From NCBI RefSeq assembly GCF_009914755.1, contig NC_060934.1: a DNA stretch of 64,000 bases, one strand, 5' to 3'. Shown one piece after another: positions 30,117 through 45,400 of the stretch (position 1 is the first letter of the stretch; each line of letters opens with the position of its first letter). The position numbers were made by a program, and so were the translations under genes. This stretch comes from the human T2T-CHM13v2.0 reference genome, Homo sapiens. The notes beneath the pieces are model-generated. The model was not told the DNA's origin. It searched no databases and saw only the letters and a list, made by a program, of their open reading frames with translations.

Positions 30117-31498
30117 CTATGTGATTAAATGAATCTCCTGAGGATGGATTAGAACTCAGATCACCTTATTCAAGGCCAGTGCTGCCCCACTTCACTTATG
30201 GTGACCTAAGTTTCTGAGTCAGAAATTGGAGAACAGTTACCATAAAAGGAGATGCAGGTTCTTTTTTGGTCAGTGTTGAGTAAATGTGGATATTATCTCA
30301 GCTGGGTTTTTTTGGTGGGTGGGGTTTGGATGAGGGGAATGGGGATTATCACACACTGTAAACTCTAAATGAGTAAAAGGCTGTCATAGGCCTTAAGAGT
30401 AGGTAGATATCGAATGAGGTTTTGGTCACTCCAGTTGAGAGTCAGGCCTGAGTTTATAGGACTCTCTCACTCCTCATATCCTCTAGAATCGGGGGACTGG
30501 GACTCTCCTCCTGAAGACAACCCTAAGGATTTGCCAAGAGCCCCAGGCAGCCCTTGTGGAGCCTGAGGTGGGGAATGTGTTTCCCCTGGCTGGGGGCTGG
30601 GGAAAATGTTTTGTTGCTCAGGTTACAGAATGCAGTTGGGCACATTGTGGCTCTGGGAGAGGCCCTTGCAGCTGTCATAACCAGGGCATGAGAAACTTCC
30701 AGAGCCTTCTTCACCCTCGGAGTGAGGGCTTGAGCAGTCTCTTGCCTACATCACACAGAGGTGGTATGGTTTTAACTGTGCATTCAAAATCTTTGTGGGA
30801 TATTCCAGACAAATCTCCTGACAGGAGACCTGCATTGGAGACCACATTCCCAGATAGTTCCTGAGGCAGGGCCCTGAGAGCTGAGGGTCTGCAGGGGGCA
30901 GAAAACCATCTGGGTCTCCTTTGGGCACTGGATTCTCCTCTTCGTGGTGTTTCTCCTTTCCTTCCTCTGTGGTCTTCCTCTTCTTTCTCTTTGCCAGAAT
31001 GTTAGAAGGGAGTGGTGTCTTCAGGGCTCTCTTTTCCCCACCCCTCCCTTCTACCTGCACCTATTGACTCATCCTGGAGAGTTACACAGTTGGCTTCTAG
31101 TGCACCCTGGCTGGCTGACACCGAAGCTGGCCCTCCTAATAGACAAGCCCAGTCATTAGCCACATGGTGCATAGAGCCTGGCAGCTGCTGACTAAGGCTA
31201 GGTGAAGCTTGGGGTGTAGATGCTAGCAGGGCCTTTGCTATTGCTAGTGTGGAGCATTGGAAAGCCAGAGGTACCGAGAAACAGAGGCAAAGAACTAGGA
31301 AACAATCTGAAGAAGCAGACATGAGCAGTTCCTCATTTAAACTCTGTTCTGTCATCCTCAGGCCCTTCTGCGTGTGTTCCGAGAAGCACCACAACTAGGC
31401 CATGCTCTGCTGACACTTAGTGCTAAGTTTAGAAGGTGACGCAACAAACCAGAGAAAAGGCAAAAGCATATACACAGTTGCCTCCATCAACATTGGTT

Positions 31499-31781
31499 AT
31501 TTTGTTTTTTTAAAATTTTTTTTTGAGACAGGGTCTCACTCTGCCACCCAGGCTGGAGTGCAGTGGCGCAGTCTTGGCTCACTGCAAACTCCACCTCCCG
31601 CGTTCAAACAATTCTCCTGTCTTAGCCTCCTGAGTAGCTAGGATTACAGGCGCTAGCCACCACACCTAGCTAATTTTTGTATTTTTAATAGAGACGGGGT
31701 TTCACCATGTTGGTCAGGCTGGTCTTGAACTCCTGACCTCAGGTGATCAGCCCGCCTTGGCTTCCCAAAGTGCTGGGATTA
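31499..31781 (-). mobile_element. Alu (AluSx-like), slightly 5'-truncated
   Basis: Antisense dimer ending GTGCTGGGATT, abutting the tail of the next Alu. Confidence 0.93.
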
Positions 31782-31789
31782 TTGTTTTT

Positions 31790-32161
<372 letters not shown>

Positions 32162-33149
32162 TAATGTTGACAATATTATGGCTGCATAGAAAAACTCATT
32201 TTCCTGCAGAATGACCACAATTGGAAACAATTAGTGATATAACTTTGATGATATTATACATCTAACCACGTGCTTTCCTAATGATCGAGCAGCATTTATT
32301 CTCAGGGCTATGATCATCTCCACCACTCTTGGGCCAGGGGAAGAAGGTCTTTCTCTAAGGTACACAGCAATGTTTTAGGGCACAAATGTTTACTAAAATT
32401 AAACGTTTAACTAATATTAAACCACATGTCTGATTGTGCAAAGCATTTCGAGGCTAATCCAGATTCCTTAATTGCTGTGACTCTTTCATCTCAAAACTCT
32501 CTTTTTTCCATTTCTCTTCCTTGCTGAGCCCTAGTGTGCAGGAAATAATGTATCCTATATTTGCCAGTAATGGTTTTTGAGGTGAAATGTAAAAAAAATG
32601 ATGCATGGCTTCTCTGAGACTCTGAGAAATTGAGTGTATTGATTTGTCTTTACCATGTGGTAAAAAGGGTTTTTGATTTATTTACCTTTTAATCTTCAAA
32701 TCTTGGCACAAAATAAAGGTGGCATGAAAAATGAGCTTTGAAAGGACAGATTTGGTTGTGGAAGAGAAACTGGCCAGGGCGATTTTTCCTACATTTCTGA
32801 GCTGTGTAAAGATGCAGGTCTGATAGGAGCTGACACTCATGACAAGGCCTGGGGCACAGAGCAGAGCTCCTCAAGGAGGCAGAACAAGGACCCGTTCATT
32901 CTGGAATGCGGTTTGTGGGAGCACGAGGAACGAAAACCATCCTGCCCCAAAGTTTTCTCCCATCAAGTCCAACAGGGTCTGAAATGCTAACATGTGAGAT
33001 TCAATCTTCCACGTAAAACACTCTTTTCCTTGGGTTCTTACCGAAGAAGGAAAAAAAAAATCCAGATACTGAATTATATTGTCACTAACACTCTGGTGGA
33101 AATCTACTTAGCCTTAGTAGCTGAAAATATTGTGGAAAGTATTTACAAA

Positions 33150-33340
33150 TTTGTCAGTGACTCTAGTGAATAAAGTTTTTTTTGGAACACAGCCATGTCC
33201 ATTCATTTATATATTTTCTATGGCTGCTGTTGGCACTACAACGGCAGGACTGACTCATCGTGATGAAGACCACACTTCTCAGAAGGCCTAAGATGTTTAT
33301 TATCTGGTCCTCTAGAGAAAAAAAGTTGCTGATCCTTTGT
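33150..33340 (+). mobile_element. MER58-type hAT-Charlie remnant
   Basis: AATAAAGTTTT...GGAACACAGCCATG...CTATGGCTGC...TATCTGGTCCTCTAGAGAAAAAAAGTTGCTGATCC. Confidence 0.7.
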
Positions 33341-33344
33341 CTAT

Positions 33345-33885
<541 letters not shown>

Positions 33886-34470
33886 TTAAACCTACATATG
33901 AATGAAAATCTAATGTATTAATCAGTAACACATTAATCTTGTGTATAAATCTACTCACAACCCAAACATATCATGTTCTTTGATCTCCATCACTTTTTAA
34001 AATCAAAGGTAAAAATCACTTCAGGGAATGAGTTAAACTCATTGCCTGCTTCTGAGCAGTAGGGTAACACCTCACTCTGAATAATCCTCCATACAGAATT
34101 CTCTCTGGAAAAATGATTATTTCCTTCTCATATGTGAGTCTTAAAAGACGCAGGCATTCGGGCTATTTCCACATATTTCACTTGACTCCTGCATTCACAA
34201 TTCCTTGCTGGCCTCTGGGTAGGAGAGAGATTCTGTGAACTATGGACTGGGTTGCCCCTGCTCAGAAGGAAAGTCACCCAGCCCTCGCGAGCCTGAGAAC
34301 CTTTGGCTGCCTGCTGCCTTAAGATGACAGCAACAAACTCTTCCAAAGGGAGAGCTGAAGATCATCACTGCTGCTCGAGTGAGCTGCTTGCCTGAGGAAA
34401 GAGTTGAGGGGCTGGGGGAATCATTGGCCCTCGTCTTGGCCAAGGTTTGGCTTTCCGCACAGTGATGTGT

Positions 34471-34473
<3 letters not shown>

Positions 34474-34508
<35 letters not shown>

Positions 34509-34738
34509 AGACAGGGTCTCATTCTGTTGCCCAGGCTGGAGTGCAGCCCACCTCAGCCTCCTGAGTAGCTGGGACTACAGGTGCACCTCCTCATACCTGG
34601 CTAATTTTTTTTTATTTTTTGTAGAGACAGGGCTTCGCCACGTTGCCCAGGCTGGTCTCAACCTCCTGAACTCAAGTGATCCTCTCATACCTGCCTCCCA
34701 AAGTGTTGCGATATAGATGTGAGCCACCCTGCCCAGCC
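34474..34738 (-). mobile_element. Alu (AluJ-like) with internal deletion and long poly-T
   Basis: Uninterrupted T run of more than 30 nt; GGAGTGCAGC joined directly to CCACCTCAGCC. Confidence 0.92.
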
Positions 34739-34819
34739 AACATGTGACATATGGAGAGCTGGTAAAGGAAAGATGGGACCTGGAGAATCTCTTTCTGATC
34801 TGATTTGAGAATCATTTTT

Positions 34820-35260
34820 ATATTAGGTAGGGTAAAAGGCTGAGCTGCCATAACACAGTCTCAACAGTATAGAAGTTTAAAAGATGAAGAAGTTTCTTTT
34901 GTATAACCATCCAAAATAAATGTTCCAGGTGCAGCCTGTTCTGTTCCACCACTATTTAAGGACACAGGTTTCTTTTGAGTCGTTGCTCTGTCCTCCCCTG
35001 CCCCGTTCTCTGGGAGAATTGTCTTCTGCATGGCTGAAGCTGATTATAGAGGCATGTCTGAGTTTCCATTGTGAGAAGGGGAAAGAGCATGGACGAGACA
35101 TGCCCACTCCCTGAAGGCCTGGGTTCCTCATTGCTTGCTCATGATCCACTGGACTGGACGCCATACCTAATTGCAAAAGTCGCTGGAAAATGTAGTCTAG
35201 ACTGTGCTCAGGAAGAAATGGAAAATGAATTTCAGTGAACTAACGGCACTCTCCACTATA
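34820..35260 (-). mobile_element. Old MaLR LTR remnant (MLT1K/L-like)
   Basis: CCATACCTAATTGCAAAAGTCGCTGGAAAATGTAGTCTAG resembles an MLT1 motif. Confidence 0.5.
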
Positions 35261-35274
35261 CCTTCCTTTCCTTT

Positions 35275-35633
<359 letters not shown>

Positions 35634-35636
35634 TAG

Positions 35637-37228
35637 TGTGTCCGGAATTGGTGGGTTCTTGGTCTCACTGACTTCAAGAATGAAGCCGCGGACCCTCAAG
35701 ATGAGTGTTACAGTTCTTAAAGGCGGCGTGTCCGGAGTTTGTTCCTTCTGGTGTTTGGACGTGTTCAGAGTTTCTTCCTTCTGAGGGGGTTCGTGGTATC
35801 TCTGGCTCAGGAGTGAAGCTGCGGACCTTCACGGTGAGTGTTACAGCTCTTAAGGTGGCGTGTCTGGAGTTGTTCATTCCTCCCCGTGGGTTTGTGGTCT
35901 CGTTGGCTTCAGGAGTGAAGCTGCAGACCTTCGCAGTGAGTGTCACAGCTCATAAAGGCAGTGTGGACCCAAAGAGTGAGCAGCTGCAAGATTTATTGCA
36001 AACAGCGAAAGAACAAAGCTTCCACGGTGTGGAAGGGGACCCGAGCGAGTTGCCAGTGCCGGCTCAGGCAGCCTGCTTTTATTCTCTTATCTGGCCCCAC
36101 CCACATCCTGCTGATTGGTAGAGCTGAGTGGTCTGTTTTGACAGGGCGCTGACTGGTGCGTTTACAATCCCTGAGGAAGACACAAAGGTTCTCCACCTCC
36201 CCACCAGATTAGCTAGACACAGAGTGTCCACATAAAGGTTCTCCACCTCCCCACCAGATTAGCTAGACACAGAGTGTCCACACAAAGTTTCTCCAAGGCC
36301 CCACCATAGTAGCTAGAGTGTCCATTGGTGCATTCACAAACCCTGAGCTAGACACAGGGTGCTGATTGGTGTGTTTACAAACCTTGAGCTAGATACAGAG
36401 TGCCCATTGGTGTAATTACAATCCCTGAGCTAGACACAAGGGTTCTCCAAGGCCCCACCAGAGTAGCTAGATACGGAGTGTGGATTGGTGCATTCACAAA
36501 CCCTGAGCTAGACACAGGGTGCTGATTGGTGTGTTTACAAACCTTGAGCTAGATACAGAGTGCCGATTGGTGTATTTACAATCCCTGAGCTAGACACAAA
36601 GGTTCTCCACGTCCCCACCAGACTCAGGAGCCCAGCTGGCTTCACCCAGTGGATCCCGCACCGGAGCTGCAGATGGGGCTGCCTGCCAGTCCCGCGCCAT
36701 CCACCCGCACTCCTCAGCCCTTGGGTGGTCGATGGGACTGGGCGCTGTGGAGCAGGGGGCGGCGCTCGTCGCGGAGGCTCGGGCTGCACAGGAGCCCACG
36801 GAGGGGCGGGGAGGCTCAGGCATGGCAGGCTGCAGGTCCCGAGCCCTGCCCCACGGGAAGGCAGCTAAGGCCCAGCAAGAAATTGAGCACAGCAGCTGCT
36901 GGCCCAGGTGCTAAGCCCCTCACTGCCCGGGCCGGTGGGGCCGGCCGGCCGCTCCGAGTGCAGGGTCCGCCGAGCCCACGCCCACCCGGAACTCGCGCTG
37001 GCCCGCAAGCACGGCGCGCAGCTCCGGTTCCCGCCCGCGCCTCTCCCTCCACACCTCCTCGCAAGCTGAGGGAGCTGGCTCCGGCCTTGGCCAGCACAGA
37101 AAGGGGCTCCCACAGTGCAGCGACGGGCTGAAGGGCTCCTGAAGTGCCGCCAAAGTGGGAGCCCAGGCAGAGGAGGTGCCGAGAGCGAGCGAGGGCTGTG
37201 AGGACTGCCAGCACGCTGTCACCTCTCA
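35637..37228 (-). mobile_element. LTR12 (HERV9) solo LTR, LTR12C-like, full length
   Basis: Minus strand starts TGAGAGGTGACAGCGTGCTGGCAGTCC and ends CCACCAATTCCGGACACA; 1592 bp; 4-bp TSD ATAG (35633-35636, 37229-37232); tandem CCAAT-containing U3 repeats ~36170-36600. Confidence 0.96.
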
Positions 37229-38837
37229 ATAGTATATTGTTTCCCATCTTCCCCTACTTCTACCTCCCTCTCTTTCCAAAAAGAAACAAACAAAAAACAG
37301 AAAAGCCAAGAATGAAAGAGAATTTATTTTTTCAACCTTTTTGTTCATATTTCAAAAATCACAAACTCCTAGCAGACATAGACTGGGTTGAAAATGATTA
37401 CATTTCTATGGAATGAGCCCTTTCTATCTAAATGCTAGACTCTCCCAAATGGGCGCTCTTTCATGTTTTCCTGGAGCAGGGGTGGTGTGGGACAGCGACC
37501 TCTCATCATATCGTCAACAGCCAGAAACATAGATACAACCGGAATGTTTTCTGGAGCCAATTTGCTGTGTGCAGGCCTCAGCGTTCCGTATCGTTTTGTT
37601 CCTTTCATTCCACTAGAGCGGCTCCAAGTCATGACAACCGGTGGGGATAATTGACGTAAAAGTGCTCAACCCCGAGTGGCCGAGCTTCCCCCAGACAATT
37701 GCTGGATTGTTCGGGGACCTGTTGATGCAACAAACCTCGTGCTGAGAAGCTTGCCCCGTAATTAGCAAGCAATGCTGTCAAGCTCATCAAATGGTTTTGT
37801 GTGATGGAATGAACGAGACAAAGCACTCTCCTCTCCTTCGCTGGCAGGGAAGACAGTCGGTTTCTGAGTGGAGCTGACACTTCTGTAAGGGGAACTAAGT
37901 GAATGTGGCTTCCATTTCACACTCGTGCTTTCCGGACTGATACCAAATCTATGAGCCTGAGCTCTCGAGTTTGGCTCTCTGGTACCGGGCTGATGGGCAG
38001 CAAAGTCTTAATGAAGCTCAGGGAAGGAAACAATGGCTTTGGGTTGTGAGCCCTGTTTTCTTTATGCCTCAATAACCCTGAATAACCTCTGGGAATTCTC
38101 AAAAAGGAGCATGTTTTGCACTCACTGAACACAGAAAGGAAGTTCAACACGTGATAGTTTTAACCTTGACGTTGACTTTGCCTATTTGGGGAAATTAGAA
38201 ATGATGCAAGGTGATGTCCAAGTTACTCAGTGCTAGAAGAATACCGTTCACTGTGTATACTGTACACTGTGATTAAAGCAAATGTAAATTTTATATTTTT
38301 ATTTGCTTTTATGAAAACATACAGTTGTAAAGAAACATTGAGGAGTGTTGGGGAAAGCAGCAGATGAGAAAAAACATGGGTAGAAATTTAACTTTTAAAG
38401 GCCTCAGCTGCCTTGACTGTAAATTGGGAACATTCTTCATATAATCTTTAGAATGTTATTCAACCCCAAATATGTATGAACAGATGGATCATGTCCTTTA
38501 CAAAGCATTGTAATATATATAGTTATGTTCTTAAAAATCCTTTCCTTCTCTCTGTACATATATATTGATATTTATATGTTTATAAATATATGATAGATGA
38601 TAAAGCTCTATGGACACATTGATGCATTAGATATTTTTCCTATATACTCATACCAGTTAGAAATATAGATGCATTTAAAACCTGACTCATGTTTCTGAAT
38701 TGAATGAGAATGGAAATAGTTACTTAGCACCATACATATAAATATCCAAATAATGATTGTTATTGATATCAACATACTTATAACTGTGATGATGACTGTA
38801 ACACCATTAAAGAGGTATCTAAAAGGCAGAAATTTCT

Positions 38838-39405
<568 letters not shown>

Positions 39406-39534
39406 AAAAGGCAGAAATTTCTATCTTGCATTTTATATGTGTTAAAATAACTGTGACAGGAGAGCTTTTAAAATAGAAAAATTCCCATTTATTTTAATTT
39501 TCACTGTAGATTTGATTCTTAAAAAGTCTTTAGC

Positions 39535-39839
<305 letters not shown>

Positions 39840-40394
39840 TTATGGCATGATAAAATTGGGGAAAAATAGGCAGTCATAATTGTACATTGTTTATGGTATT
39901 TCTCAAACCATTCCATCTCTTGGTGGGCTTTAAATTATTACCAGTTGAAATGAAATGAAACCTTTGACATTAATGGCACATAGGCATGTGGAGAATGAAT
40001 TAAATATGAATATGTACTTGGGAATTTTGTGTACATTTTTCCCAATTTCAGATTAACAGTACAAAATAGAAGCTGCTGTGTAACTTCTGAGATAACATGG
40101 GGTAGAAAAATATTTTCTTCAACTTAGAGGATGGCCCAATTTTCAGGTTAAAGGAACAAAATTTTACTTTTAATTACTGTACTATTATTATACTATTTTA
40201 TAATCTAGACTTATCAGAGATGAAATAGGTTGATATAGATAGGAAATATGTCCTTGTATTACTTCTTTGCTTTTTTTTTCTCATTGTATTCTCAGCTTAT
40301 ATCACCATACCTGGCACATTAAACATTAATAAATATTTGTTTAGTGAATGAACAAATGTATGAATTTGAGAATAGGTTCCTATATCTTTGTGAA

Positions 40395-40720
40395 TGTAAT
40401 GGTTAATGTTATGTGTCAACGTGACTGAGACATGAAGTCCCAGATATTTGGTTAGACATTCTTCTGGGTGTGTCTGGGAGGGTGTCTCTGGGTGAAATTC
40501 ACATTTGAACGAGTGGATTGAGTGAAGCAGGTTGCTCTCTTCAATGTGGGTGAGGCCCGTTCAATCCTTTGGAGGCCTGAGTAGAACAGAAGGTGGGGAA
40601 TGGAGAAGTTGCTCTCTCTGCTTGATGGCCTTGAGTGGGGATATCTGTATCCTTCTGCTTTCGGTCCCAGACTGCAACTCAGACCACTGGGCTCTCCCGG
40701 TTCTCCTGCCTTTGAATCTA
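40395..40720 (+). mobile_element. MLT2 (ERVL) LTR fragment
   Basis: Begins TGTAATGGTTAATGTTATGTGTCAAC...CCCAGATATTTGGTTAGACATT, typical of MLT2 5' ends. Confidence 0.75.
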
Positions 40721-40954
40721 GATTCTTTTCTTTGGTCTTTCCCCATAAGTTTAATTTTTTTCAGCCACATTTTTTTTGGTTATCTTGTACAGATAAAGGA
40801 CGAAATGTCAGGTATATTCAGAGAAAAATGAAACATAAATATCCTATGTTAAAGTGCATTGTAGAATGTGTGTGTGTGTGCTGGGGGAAAACTTATGAAG
40901 AGATAGTTTTGAAAGCACTAAAAATATTGCCGTTAAGGGAAAATGTTGATAAGC

Positions 40955-41474
40955 GTGGTAGTTTAAAAAAATGAGTGCAAATTTTTTGACACTACTCCCA
41001 TTAAGAGGCTGGGTCTATATCCTCTCCCCTTAAATCTAGGTGGGCTCATTACTTTCTTCTAGCCAATAGAATACTGCATGACTTTCACGACTCAGTTGGA
41101 AAAAGTGACACAGTTTTCACCTTGTTCACTGGGATACCTGCAACAGGACCCTGAGCCGGCCATCTTGTGACGAAGTCCAGACCACGTGGAGATGGCGCAT
41201 GTAAGTGCTCTGACTGAGGTCCCAACTGACAGCCGGCATCAACCACAAGGCATACAAGTGAAAGTGCTTCCAGAAGATTCCAGTCTGTAGCCATTTCGTC
41301 ACCCCTAGCTGTAGAGTTTTTCCATTTGAGGTTCCAGGTGTAGCTGAGCAAGCCATTTTCCCTGTACTCTGACCAAAACCCTGACCCACCAAATTTGCAA
41401 GCATAAAGAGCTGTCTGTATGAAGTGGCTAACTTTTGGGGGTGATTTGTTCCACAGCAATAGTTAAGTGGAACA
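40955..41474 (+). mobile_element. MLT1F/G-like MaLR LTR
   Basis: AATTTTTTGACACTACTCCCATTAAGAGG...; ends TTTGTTCCACAGCAATAGTTAAGTGGAACA. Confidence 0.7.
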
Positions 41475-41736
41475 ATGAGATGTGGAGAGAGGGATACGGG
41501 GAGGCAGAGAGCAAGAGCCAGCATGAGGTGTTAGTTACTCTCCCTTTTCCTTTGGTACCAAGTGTTCTGTTGTTGCTGTTTTTGCCCTTTACAAACCCTG
41601 GTGCAAGGTAAACAGATTGGGAATAAGGGTTTAGAATTAGCCTCAGCATCAATTTCGTATATATATACCAATATGTATATATATACCAATACATATATAT
41701 ACATATATATATATATGTGTATATATATATATATAT

Positions 41737-42284
41737 TTAACACCAGTCACAACAAAACTACCAGGTTAAATATACATATATATTTATATGTATATATCTT
41801 TATATTTTATATATGCATATATTTTTATATATAAATATATCTATATTTATATAGAGAAATATCTATATATTTTTATATATAAATATATCTATATTTATAT
41901 ATAGAAATATCTATATATTTTTATATATAAATATATCTATATATATAGAAATATCTATATTTATATATAAATATATCTATATATATAGAAATATCTATAT
42001 TTATATATAAATATATCTATATATATAGAAATATCTATATTTATATATAAATATATCTATATATATAGAAATATCTATATTTATATATAAATATATCTAT
42101 ATATATAGAAATATCTATATTTATATATAAATATATCTATATATATAGAAATATCTATATTTTTATATATAAATGTATCTATATTTATATATAGAAATAT
42201 CTATATATTTATATGTATATAAATGTATATATTAAATATAAAGATATGTATTTAACCTGGTAGTTTTCTTGTGATTGGTGTTAA
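41737..42284. repeat. AT-rich 40-bp minisatellite enclosed by 36-bp inverted repeats
   Basis: Five perfect copies of ATATATAGAAATATCTATATTTATATATAAATATATCTAT (41941-42140) plus degenerate copies; arms 41737-41772 and 42249-42284. Confidence 0.92.
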
Positions 42285-42291
42285 CTAATTG

Positions 42292-42420
42292 CAGCCAGTC
42301 ATGGTGGCTCACATCTGTGATCACAGCCACTTGGGAGGCTGAGGCAGGAGGATCGCTTGAAGCCAAGAGTTCAAGACCAGCCTGGGCAACATAGCAAGAC
42401 CCCGTCTCCAAGAAAAAAAG
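42292..42420 (+). mobile_element. Alu left monomer (FLAM_C-like)
   Basis: GGTGGCTCAC...GGATCGCTTGAAGCCAAGAGTTCAAGACCAGCCTGGGCAACATAGCAAGACCCCGTCTC plus A tail. Confidence 0.88.
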
Positions 42421-45400
42421 CAACTGGAGAATCACCTCACATCCACCAATGTTATATTCCTTTATGCAGCTACAATGGAAGGAGAAGGAGATAGGGAGGA
42501 ATTCTTGTGGTCGGCTGCTCCAAGCAGCCATTTATGGGAGACTGAACATAAATACAATGCCAGCAAATCAGTGGCCACCTCAACAAAAGTACCTTTATAA
42601 AAGCTGAAGGTTCAGGGATGGGGATTCTGTTTTTGTAAACGCAGAGATAGAGATCAGTTTCTTAGCTAACAGCTAAGAACTGTTTTCTAGACTGTGGGAA
42701 TGGGTATCCTCGAGTATCTGGCAGGGGAGGAGAATGGCACAGATGAATTCAAACCAGGAATACCGCGTGCAGGCCAGGTGAGGCCCATGGAACTACAGGA
42801 GGCAGGGTGGCTTAGTCCCAACTCAGAGAAGGGCCCAGCCATTGAGAGGCAGGGAATTCTGCTCCAGAGCCTGCCATCTTGAAGAACAATATGGTTCTCA
42901 CAAGGCATGGAGATGGTTTGCTACACAAATAAAGGGTACAAAGGGATTTGGTGCTTACAATATCCACTGTGAGGTTTTCTCCTAGGACATAATTTATAGA
43001 TTAATTTTTTTTAAGAAAAATAAAATGATCTCAACTAGGGGAGAAAGTCTTCCAACCCAGTAGACTTCTTAAATACTTCTTCTGAATAGACTGTTTTTCT
43101 AATTTCTTCCCTAAGTTTGTGTATGATATATTATTACACTAGCATGTGAAGCCGGCCAAATGAGCCCTAGGAAAGAAATATTGCTCCAAAGTAAATATAG
43201 GGACTTGCTTAATACCGCATGATCAGATATCTTGCAAGTAAGACACACAATTAAAATATCATTGTATATGAGATTGAAAGTTGCAGATTGTATGAGATAG
43301 TCCCACTATGCTGAAGTGGAAATTTGATATACTTGCTGAGCTTTGAGAAGAATCCTGGGAAAATGGAACTTTGAACCTGTGTGGGGAGGAGAGAAGGATG
43401 ATGTGAAAATATGGCTGAAAACTAGGGGCCACAGAGGAATGAAGGTAGATCATAAATCTGGAATATAGAGCAAATGTTTGGCAAACCATTCTAGCTGCAT
43501 AAAGGTATATAACATTTGTGGACATGAGGCTGTTCTCAAATTTTAGCTAGCACCAGTCACAACAAAATTACCAGGTTAAATGCTATTAAAGCAAGCATAT
43601 ATTTAAAAGAATATTTTCATGGAAAAGAAATTCAAAGGCAAACAGTGGTCCACTTATTTTAAGCAAAGCAAGGAAACTCCATTAGAGAATTAAGAATAGG
43701 ATTAAAAAAACTCATCATAATGTGATTTTATTTTGCAAAGTTCGTTATTTAAGATGTATATCAATAAATAATATAAACACACGCGTGCGTGCACACACAC
43801 ACACACACACACACAGATGCCTGAATAAGTTTACCTTTTAGTAGCAACAGAAAAGTAAGCAAAGGGCAGGAAAATGAAAACGACAAGCCCAGAGGCAAAT
43901 AAAACAAACTTTCAGGGAGTGTCTTATTATTGCATAGCTTGAAAAAAAGTCATTGCCTGGGATTAAAAAACAAACAAACTTTTTTTAACGTAAACACTTG
44001 TTACCTTGTGATATTATTTTACTTTAATGAGGCAGTGAAGACAACTTTGGATATATATTTAGATGAAAAGTCACAAAGAAGCTTAGGTGTCCCAGTAAAT
44101 GAAGATTATTAGGCACAAAAGGAGATGCAGAGATTTCCCTAGAAAACACAGTCTGATCTTTTTAATTTCTGTTTTCTTTTTCTGCTGGGGAAAGTTTAAT
44201 GTAAATCCTTCCCTTTATGGGAAGTGATCGACTTTGTTCTTTGTTTAATGTAGACGGGGTCCTGGTCCCTGACATTGTGCATTTTTACATATTTAAAGGA
44301 GTTTTAAGGGACACTAAGACTTTTCTTTCACTAAGGTCTTACAAACGACCGACACTACTCCAGCAAAATTGCACACTTTGGTCTTCAAGGATCAAAGACT
44401 GAAATGGAGCTAATTTCCTACAACAATTCTACAGCCTGGTGAGTTCGCTAAGTAGGAGAAGGCTGCCCATTGCCATTTATTGAACTAATTAAAAATAAAA
44501 ACTTAGCTTTCAATAAAAGGTATATTTTAGAGCATGATACTAATTAGGATTTTTTTTTTGTCTTTAAACAAAATGTAACCTTATCCTCCTCTTTTGAAGG
44601 TTAGCAATGCTCACAGATTTTGTTAATTGGTTTATTAACTTCTTCTATCCTGGAATCATTCACGTTCAGCCTTTCTTACATTCATATCCTTGTGTAACTG
44701 TGGATTTTAGATTGAATTTTTTGTTTGTTTGTTTGACCAACAAAATGAGTAGAACCCGGGTTGGAAGAAAGCTTACAAGAAGTATATTCTAAGTTAATAC
44801 ATTAAGATGTTCAGTCTGGAGACTGGGAGGTAGTTGAGTTTAGACCATGCACAGCCAGTAAGGTCATGACAAGGCAGACCCTTACAGCTTAGCTTCACAA
44901 TCTGGAAATCCAACATGCATCTGTTTCAGTAATAATCATGTTCTGGGGAAGGAAGGCACAAACCCAGGACTCGGTTTTCCATAATGCACAATGACAATTA
45001 CTAGAATGACTTTGATCTGGAGAGTGTTTCTAGTGTCCTGTGATCGAAGGTTTCTGTCCTACAACCACTGTGTTCTGAGGCCTAACAGGCCTTATATTCA
45101 CCTTTTACGAGGGTTTTTTCAAAGGTGTTTGAGTTAGGAGATGCCACAACCAACCAGATGGGTCAGAACTTTTGCCTATATTCTGTCTTTTGACACGTCG
45201 TTGTTTGAATGACTTTACCAGCCTTGGTGAAGTATATGGGCCTTGTATAATAAAACCACAGGCCTTTGGGTAACAAGCCTTCTCTAATTTTGACTCACTC
45301 AAGGTTCCTAAGTGAAACACTTTTTCATTAGCATCTTCAGTCCTAGCCAAGTAGCCCTGGACTCAGAAGTAAGGTTTTCCTAAACGTTTATCGGGGAGAG

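Noticed and set aside
36170-36600. Regularly spaced direct repeats resembling a CRISPR array
   Set aside because: These are LTR12 U3 tandem repeats without unique spacers; the sequence is eukaryotic and has no cas genes.
35674-37416. Cluster of overlapping GC-rich ORFs and an apparent CpG island
   Set aside because: Explained by the LTR12 solo LTR; no gag/pol/env present.
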